NCBI GenBank assembly: GCA_051652765.1
Contig: JBOFUV010000148.1
Location: 49,341 to 113,340, forward strand
Direction: 5' to 3'
Source: Microcoleaceae cyanobacterium
Lineage (GTDB): Bacteria; Cyanobacteriota; Cyanobacteriia; Cyanobacteriales; Microcoleaceae
DNA: 64,000 nt
The translations under genes and the position numbers were made by a program. The notes beneath the pieces were generated by a model, which had not been told where the DNA came from, searched no databases, and was given only the letters and a program-made list of their open reading frames with translations. Of the stretch, positions 56,700 to 61,881 are shown one piece after another. The stretch's first letter is position 1, and every line of letters starts with the position of its first letter.

Positions 56700-57043
56700 G
56701 AGTCATCACCTCTGGGTGAAACCAATGGTTCAATATAATTTAATAGTTGAGGTAAGTTTTCGTTGATGACTGTCCAGACTTCATCGAGATCGACTTCATC
56801 ATAATCATGGGTGATGACATCACGCATTCCAGCAATTTCTTTCCAGGGAATGGTAGGATGCTGTTCCCTAAAATCTTTTGAGAGTCGTTTGGTCGCTTCG
56901 CCGATGATGGTGATGCGGCGCAAAATCGCATCTTGTTTTTCGATGTTGGCTGCTAAGTTAGCGAAATTAACTGCTTCAACATATCGAAGAATGAGTTTGA
57001 TGGCTTCTACAATGTCGATTAAGGTTTCTCGATCACGTGACAT
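56696..57043 (-). CDS. HEPN (DUF86/HepT-like) RNase toxin
   Basis: IIGEATKRLS, RX4HXY motif RDVITHDY. Confidence 0.9.
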   Translation of the reverse strand: MSRDRETLIDIVEAIKLILRYVEAVNFANLAANIEKQDAILRRITIIGEATKRLSKDFREQHPTIPWKEIAGMRDVITHDYDEVDLDEVWTVINENLPQLLNYIEPLVSPRGDDS

Positions 57044-57371
57044 AAATTACCTCGGCAGCATCTAGAATATTCTTACGCCGAAGCCAATTATGGCTTTGTT
57101 CAATAGCTTTTTTGCTGACTAAATCAACATCTCGATGCAGCAGGGATGAAAGTTCTTCTTGCATTCTAATTTTTTCAAAAAGTCCTCGTTTGGCAGTGGG
57201 TCGATACGAAACGAGAACATCAATGTCGCTATCAGCATGAAAGTCATCTCGCAGAACCGAGCCAAAAAGTGCTAGTTCAGATACTTGCCAACGCTGACAA
57301 AATTCCATCAGTTGTTCCGGAGTAATTCCCAGTCGGGATTGAAGTCGAGAGTTTAGTTGAAGTGTAGTCAT
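57033..57371 (-). CDS. MNT minimal nucleotidyltransferase antitoxin (MntA-like)
   Basis: GSX10DXD motif FGSVLRDDFHADSDID, VDLV. Confidence 0.9.
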   Translation of the reverse strand: MTTLQLNSRLQSRLGITPEQLMEFCQRWQVSELALFGSVLRDDFHADSDIDVLVSYRPTAKRGLFEKIRMQEELSSLLHRDVDLVSKKAIEQSHNWLRRKNILDAAEVIYVT

Positions 57372-57490
57372 CAGTCATCACCTCCGTTATCTCTGCCCAT
57401 GCGGTACTTAATATCGTAGTTGATGAGGTCGTCGAGTTCTTGGTCGGTGAAGCCCCATAAGGTTTTTGGGTGTTGGGCGAGGACGAGATC
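57371..57490 (-). repeat. Array repeat R2
   Basis: DLVLAQHPKTLWGFTDQELDDLINYDIKYRMGRDNGGDD*; TGATG overlap with MNT start. Confidence 0.92.
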
Positions 57491-57520
57491 GTTCGCTTAT
57501 CAATGTTTCATACCTTCGTT

Positions 57521-57733
57521 CTAGTACGCGATCGCCTTTTGAGCAATCATATACTCAATGGCTTGTGGGTTATCAATCCGTTTGGAAGCCTGAAGAATTT
57601 CGATACCAACGACATTTCTACTAGAGTCAAAGTCCAGGATAATGCCGGGGGTTTCTTCGTCACTTTCTTCAATCTCCACATCCTTGAGGGTAATCCGAAT
57701 CACATCTACTTCAGGGTCATATTTGATTTTCAT
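57521..57733 (-). CDS. DUF2283 family putative antitoxin
   Basis: MKIKYDPEVDVIRI...GIILDFDSSRNVVGIEILQAS; ATG 57733. Confidence 0.85.
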   Translation of the reverse strand: MKIKYDPEVDVIRITLKDVEIEESDEETPGIILDFDSSRNVVGIEILQASKRIDNPQAIEYMIAQKAIAY

Positions 57734-57822
57734 GGATTCCTCCAATGTTTTTTAATTTGGCTTGTGCGATAAACGGTTACAACTATTGCGGGGTCAATGG
57801 TGGTATTGATGAAGACACGAAT
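57730..57822 (-). pseudogene. 3-prime remnant of DUF4258-like toxin
   Basis: Manual translation IRVFINTTIDPAIVVTVYRTSQIKKHWRNP*, ATGA overlap with DUF2283 start; no 5-prime part. Confidence 0.7.
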
Positions 57823-58042
57823 CACTCATTAGCCGCCAGGGAAGTTCAGGCGCTAAGGTTTGAACATCAGCAGGAATATTAATCGCTGCTTCACCAATAA
57901 TAATTAGGTCATAAAGCACGGCCTTAACGATGGTTTCATCTTGACTAAATTGATCAAAACTCATGCCAGCAGTCCGCATCTGAATACTATCAATGGCGTT
58001 GAGAATATCTTGAATCCGTGCTTTGGCAGATCTAGAAGACAT
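57794..58042 (-). pseudogene. Truncated HEPN (DUF86) toxin lacking RX4H motif
   Basis: IIIGEAA...LPWRLMSD then unrelated SCLHQYHH*; 82 aa versus 112-115 aa for the other three HEPNs. Confidence 0.75.
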
Positions 58043-58322
58043 GAATGGCTTCCTCCAAGATCGGTTGTCTTAGATGTTCCTTCAGGGCATCGGCTGTACC
58101 TAGGTCAACGGGACATTGGAGGAGATCTTCAAGATAGTGCTTGATCCGAAAAAATTCAAAAAAGCCAATAGATTCATCCAGTTCCACTAAAATATCCACA
58201 TCACTTTGATGCTTAGCTTGGTCACGAGCAACCGAACCAAAAAGATTGAGAGACTTAACTCCTAAACTTCGTAATTCTTCCTGATGAGATTGAACTAAAT
58301 TTAATGCATCTGACTGTTTCAT
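58032..58322 (-). CDS. MNT minimal nucleotidyltransferase antitoxin
   Basis: LFGSVARDQAKHQSDVDILV, VDL. Confidence 0.9.
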   Translation of the reverse strand: MKQSDALNLVQSHQEELRSLGVKSLNLFGSVARDQAKHQSDVDILVELDESIGFFEFFRIKHYLEDLLQCPVDLGTADALKEHLRQPILEEAIHVF

Positions 58323-58340
58323 AATTTTGCCTTTTTCCTT

Positions 58341-58456
58341 TTAACATTCACTATCACGTTCCATGCGGTACTTAATATCGTAGTTGATGAGGTCGTCGAG
58401 TTCTTCGGTGGTGAATCCCCATAAGGTTTTTGGGTGTTGGGCAAGGACGCGATCGC
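58341..58456 (-). repeat. Array repeat R3 (starts at exact HIP1 58449-58456)
   Basis: DRVLAQHPKTLWGFTTEELDDLINYDIKYRMERDSEC*. Confidence 0.92.
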
Positions 58457-58466
58457 CATGCATAAT

Positions 58467-58805
58467 CTATTCCTCGGCTGGTAAAAATGGAGTGATGTAT
58501 GCCAAAAGTTCAGGAATTTTGGTTTTAAGCACTTCCCAGACTAAATCCAACTTAACCTCATCATAATCATGGACTAGCCGATCGCGCATTCCGGCAATTT
58601 TTCTCCACTCAACTTCTGAATACTGATCGCGAAACTCTGGTGAAAGTCGTTTTACGACTTCACCAAGAATTGTAATTTCATACAAGATTGCTAGTTGTGT
58701 TCTCTCGTCATTTTGAAATTCTACTTCGCTCATGTTGTCAGTTAATCGGAGAATAGTTTGACAAAGCTTGGCAATGTCAAGCAGATAGGACTTGTCCTGA
58801 TTCAT
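58467..58805 (-). CDS. HEPN (DUF86/HepT-like) RNase toxin
   Basis: ILGEVVKRLS, RDRLVHDY. Confidence 0.9.
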   Translation of the reverse strand: MNQDKSYLLDIAKLCQTILRLTDNMSEVEFQNDERTQLAILYEITILGEVVKRLSPEFRDQYSEVEWRKIAGMRDRLVHDYDEVKLDLVWEVLKTKIPELLAYITPFLPAEE

Positions 58806-59130
58806 AGATGACCTGTGCGGTATTCAAGATATTGTTTCGGCGAATCCAGTTATGGCTATCGACTATAGAACGCTTTTCTATAAGGTCAACTTCGCGCCCA
58901 ACCATATCTTCTAGCTGGTACTCCATGCTGACTAAGTCCATCAGGCTCAGGTGGGGATTTGATTGATGATCGAAAATTATCAAGATATCGATGTCACTGT
59001 CCGGTTTAAAGTCATCTCGCAAAATAGAACCAAAGAGCGCAAGCTCAAGAATATGGTGTTGCTTGCAAAAGCCTACAAGTTGTTCTGGCGTTATGTTAAG
59101 TCGATGGTAAATTAATTTTTTGTCTATCAT
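58777..59130 (-). CDS. MNT minimal nucleotidyltransferase antitoxin
   Basis: ATG 59130 after AGGAG; LFGSILRDDFKPDSDID. Confidence 0.88.
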   Translation of the reverse strand: MIDKKLIYHRLNITPEQLVGFCKQHHILELALFGSILRDDFKPDSDIDILIIFDHQSNPHLSLMDLVSMEYQLEDMVGREVDLIEKRSIVDSHNWIRRNNILNTAQVIYESGQVLSA

Positions 59131-59165
59131 CTGCTTTTCTCCTAATACTTTTGTCTTGTTATTTT

Positions 59166-59283
59166 TTAACTTTTGCGATCGCGCCCCATGCGGTATTTGA
59201 TATCGTAGTTGATGAGGTCGTCGAGTTCTTCGGCGGTGAAGCCCCATAAGGTTTTTGGGTGTTGGGCAAGGACGTGATCGATT
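59166..59283 (-). repeat. Array repeat R4 (HIP1 at 59175-59182)
   Basis: IDHVLAQHPKTLWGFTAEELDDLINYDIKYRMGRDRKS*. Confidence 0.92.
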
Positions 59284-59289
59284 CTAAGT

Positions 59290-59625
59290 TTAGGCAATTG
59301 CAAATCCGGTATGCGGTCGAATTTCAGGTTCATGGAAGCCAAGCACAATATCTTCTTTGGGAATGCCTGCTTTAAGGAGTTCATCGGTAATACCATCTTC
59401 GGTGCCATCATATTGCACCCAAACTTTTCCATTGACAATTTCAAGGTGCAGTAAAATACTATGCAAATGGCGCTGGTGATCCCAACCTTCAGACAAAATA
59501 ATATACTGGTCAGTTTCAGGATCAAAGGCAGCACGATTTTTGACGTTGACGTTGGCATAGGTAATGTCAGCATAAGGTTTGAGAACATTACGGATAATTT
59601 GCCGATAAGTATTTAGGCGATCCAT
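59290..59625 (-). CDS. xisI: XisI family protein
   Basis: FDPETDQY, GW, KVWVQYDGTEDGI, GIPKEDIVLGF. Confidence 0.9.
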   Translation of the reverse strand: MDRLNTYRQIIRNVLKPYADITYANVNVKNRAAFDPETDQYIILSEGWDHQRHLHSILLHLEIVNGKVWVQYDGTEDGITDELLKAGIPKEDIVLGFHEPEIRPHTGFAIA

Positions 59626-60029
59626 CGAGTGATAACCTCCTGATCAGGGTTAAATGTAAACAGCTTTAAAACTTGATTTTCTAAAAGAATTTGTCCAACT
59701 TCTTGTTCAAATAGCTTTAAGAAGCTGGCATCACGAATTGCTAGGTAGAGGGTGCGTTCAGGGTCAATTCGGCTCAGAATATTTTGATATAGAATGTATT
59801 GACCGAGAGCCATTTCAAGATCGCGAATTTCAGAAGGGCTGATAAAGCTTTTGATTTCGACGGCGATCTTCTGGGTATCTTTTTCAGCGGTGATGAGTTT
59901 TTCACCTGCCAGGTCAATGAACAGATCTTTTCTGCCAATTTTTAGGTTATAAGGATCATGGGTGATTATCCAACCATCCTTAATCAGAGCTTGTTTACAA
60001 CTATCATGATAGATGTCTTTTGCTGGCAT
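59613..60029 (-). CDS. xisH: XisH family protein
   Basis: MPAKDIYHD, IDLAGEK, IAVEIKSF, ALGQY; ATG 60029. Confidence 0.9.
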   Translation of the reverse strand: MPAKDIYHDSCKQALIKDGWIITHDPYNLKIGRKDLFIDLAGEKLITAEKDTQKIAVEIKSFISPSEIRDLEMALGQYILYQNILSRIDPERTLYLAIRDASFLKLFEQEVGQILLENQVLKLFTFNPDQEVITRWIA

Positions 60030-60034
60030 AGAAC

Positions 60035-60178
60035 TCAATCTTCCCCTCCATTGTCTCTGCCCATGTGGTACTTAATATCGTAGTTGATGAGGTCGTCGAG
60101 TTCTTCAGCGGTGAAGCCCTCCAAAAAATTTTAGTGTTGGGCAAGGACGCGATCGCTCTCACCAATGATGGGTTTTGA
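60035..60178 (-). repeat. Array repeat R5 (HIP1 60149-60156; internal stop)
   Basis: SKPIIGESDRVLAQH*NFLEGFTAEELDDLINYDIKYHMGRDNGGED*. Confidence 0.92.
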
Positions 60179-60526
60179 TTAAGCGATCGCAAACCCAGTG
60201 TAAGGTCGAATAGATAGTTCTTTGAAGCCCAAAACGATCTTATCTTTGGGAATTCCAGCAGTCATGAGATCGCTAGCAATACCATAGTCTGTTCCATCTC
60301 GTTGAATCCAAATTTTTTCATTGATAATCTCAATGTCAATCAAACAGCCGTGAATCCGAGAATGATCTTTTTTCCAGCCATTAGATATAACCAGATAGCG
60401 ATCATGAACAGGATCAAATACCGTTTTATTGCTTAGCTCTAAAATGTCAGGATTGGCATATTGGCGAGTTGTAAATTCTTCCAATAAGCTTCGGATTATT
60501 TTGCGATAATTTTCTAGTTCATCCAT
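60179..60526 (-). CDS. xisI: XisI family protein
   Basis: FDPVHDRY, GW, KIWIQRDGTDYGI, GIPKDKIVLGF. Confidence 0.9.
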   Translation of the reverse strand: MDELENYRKIIRSLLEEFTTRQYANPDILELSNKTVFDPVHDRYLVISNGWKKDHSRIHGCLIDIEIINEKIWIQRDGTDYGIASDLMTAGIPKDKIVLGFKELSIRPYTGFAIA

Positions 60527-60936
60527 TGGATAATTTCCTCCTGTTCAACATTAAAAACCAGTAATTTTAGACGGTGATTTTCTAGCAAAACTTTACCAAT
60601 CGAAGTAGGGTCTTCAAATAGATCGCGGAAGGTTGCATCCCGAATTGCCAGAAAAAGTTCTCTATCAGTATCAGTACGAACAAGCAGATCTTGATAAAGA
60701 ATAAATTGCCCTAGAGCATTTTTTAGATCTTCAACATCTGACAGTCCAACAAAGCTTTTGATTTCGACAGCAATACGCTGATCGTCTTTCTGGGCAGCGA
60801 CCAGTTTTTCAGCACCCAGATCAATAAACAAATCTTTGGAACCCCATCGAAGAAAGTAAGGATCATGAGTGATTGTCCAACCGTCCTTAATCAGAGCTTG
60901 TTTGCAGTTGTCGTGATATATATCTTTGGCTGGCAT
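60514..60936 (-). CDS. xisH: XisH family protein
   Basis: MPAKDIYHD, IDLGAEK, IAVEIKSF, ALGQF. Confidence 0.9.
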   Translation of the reverse strand: MPAKDIYHDNCKQALIKDGWTITHDPYFLRWGSKDLFIDLGAEKLVAAQKDDQRIAVEIKSFVGLSDVEDLKNALGQFILYQDLLVRTDTDRELFLAIRDATFRDLFEDPTSIGKVLLENHRLKLLVFNVEQEEIIQWMN

Positions 60937-60941
60937 AGGAT

Positions 60942-61095
60942 TTAATCCTCCCCTCCATTATCTCTGCCCATGCGGTATTTGATGTCGTAATTGATGATGA
61001 AGTCGAGTTCTTCGGTGGTGAAGCCGTAATGTTGGGCAAGGACGCGATTCTCCATCGGAGAGGCTGCGCCAACGCTTTCGTCAGTGATGGTTTTA
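60942..61095 (-). repeat. Array repeat R6 (HIP1 split by 24-nt insertion)
   Basis: KTITDES[ins]DRVLAQHYGFTTEELDFIINYDIKYRMGRDNGGED*. Confidence 0.92.
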
Positions 61096-61119
61096 ACATT
61101 TGGATTATCATTATTTTAA

Positions 61120-61458
61120 TCATCCAGGTTTTTCCAAAATCGATTGAATTTCTGGCAAAATATCAGGCAAGTTAATATGAATCACATTCCAGAGAATATC
61201 AAAATCCAACTCGTCATAATCATGAATAACGACATCTCTTAAACCAGCCATTTGTCGCCAGGGAATCGTTGGATGTTGCTCACGAAACTCATTAGATAGA
61301 CGCTTAGTTGCTTCTCCAATCACGATCAGTCGATATAAAATAGCAGCTTGTTTTTCGTCATCTTCTTGTAGATTATTTCGATTAATGTCTTGGGCATACA
61401 GTAATGTTTGTTGGATAGCTGTAGAAATATCCATTAATGCCTGTTTATCTCGCAGCAT
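61120..61458 (-). CDS. HEPN (DUF86/HepT-like) RNase toxin
   Basis: VIGEATKRLS, RDVVIHDY. Confidence 0.9.
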   Translation of the reverse strand: MLRDKQALMDISTAIQQTLLYAQDINRNNLQEDDEKQAAILYRLIVIGEATKRLSNEFREQHPTIPWRQMAGLRDVVIHDYDELDFDILWNVIHINLPDILPEIQSILEKPG

Positions 61459-61783
61459 AGATGACCTCCGCTGAATCTAGAATCACTTGACGACGGAGGG
61501 CATTGTGGCTATTGATAATACTTTGATGAGTCAATAAATCGACTGGTCGCTGAAAAAGGGTAGACAGTTCTTCTCGCATTTGGATAAACTCTAAGCCCCA
61601 AGAGTGATGAGGAAAGAAGCCAACTAAGATGTCCACATCACTGTTAGCGGAAAAGTCATCTCGCAGAACTGACCCAAAGAGAGCGAGTTCTGCAACTTGC
61701 CATCGCTGGCAAAATTCAGCAAGCTGTTCTGGGGTAATTCCTAGTCGTGATTGAAGTCTAGAATTTAGTTGAAGTGTAGCCAT
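61445..61783 (-). CDS. MNT minimal nucleotidyltransferase antitoxin
   Basis: LFGSVLRDDFSANSDVD. Confidence 0.9.
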   Translation of the reverse strand: MATLQLNSRLQSRLGITPEQLAEFCQRWQVAELALFGSVLRDDFSANSDVDILVGFFPHHSWGLEFIQMREELSTLFQRPVDLLTHQSIINSHNALRRQVILDSAEVIYAAR

Positions 61784-61881
61784 TACTCATCACCTCCTGT
61801 ATCTCTGCCCATGCGGTATTTGATGTCGTAGTTGATGATGAAGTCGAGTTCTTCGTCGGTGAAGCCGTATTGGTGAATCAT
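61783..61881 (-). repeat. Array repeat R7, forming a 32-aa mini-ORF between RM gene and first cassette
   Basis: MIHQYGFTDEELDFIINYDIKYRMGRDTGGDE*; ATGA overlap with RM stop, TAATG overlap with MNT start. Confidence 0.9.

Noticed and set aside
59166..59588. ORF-track proteins ending in NYDIKYRMG (also 56061-56288) and the extended 58777-59247 N-terminus
   Set aside because: Alternate-frame read-through of real cassette genes into the repeat; not independent genes
55316..60936. fdxN-type heterocyst excision element
   Set aside because: No xisF recombinase or interrupted nif/fdxN gene is visible
55225..61881. CRISPR array
   Set aside because: Repeats are about 95-155 bp and degenerate, spacers are whole gene pairs of 0.7-1.2 kb, and no cas genes are present
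55225..61881. Classical integron with attC sites
   Set aside because: No intI in the window; I could not find consistent RYYYAAC/GTTRRRY boxes or long palindromes; the repeats derive from coding sequence
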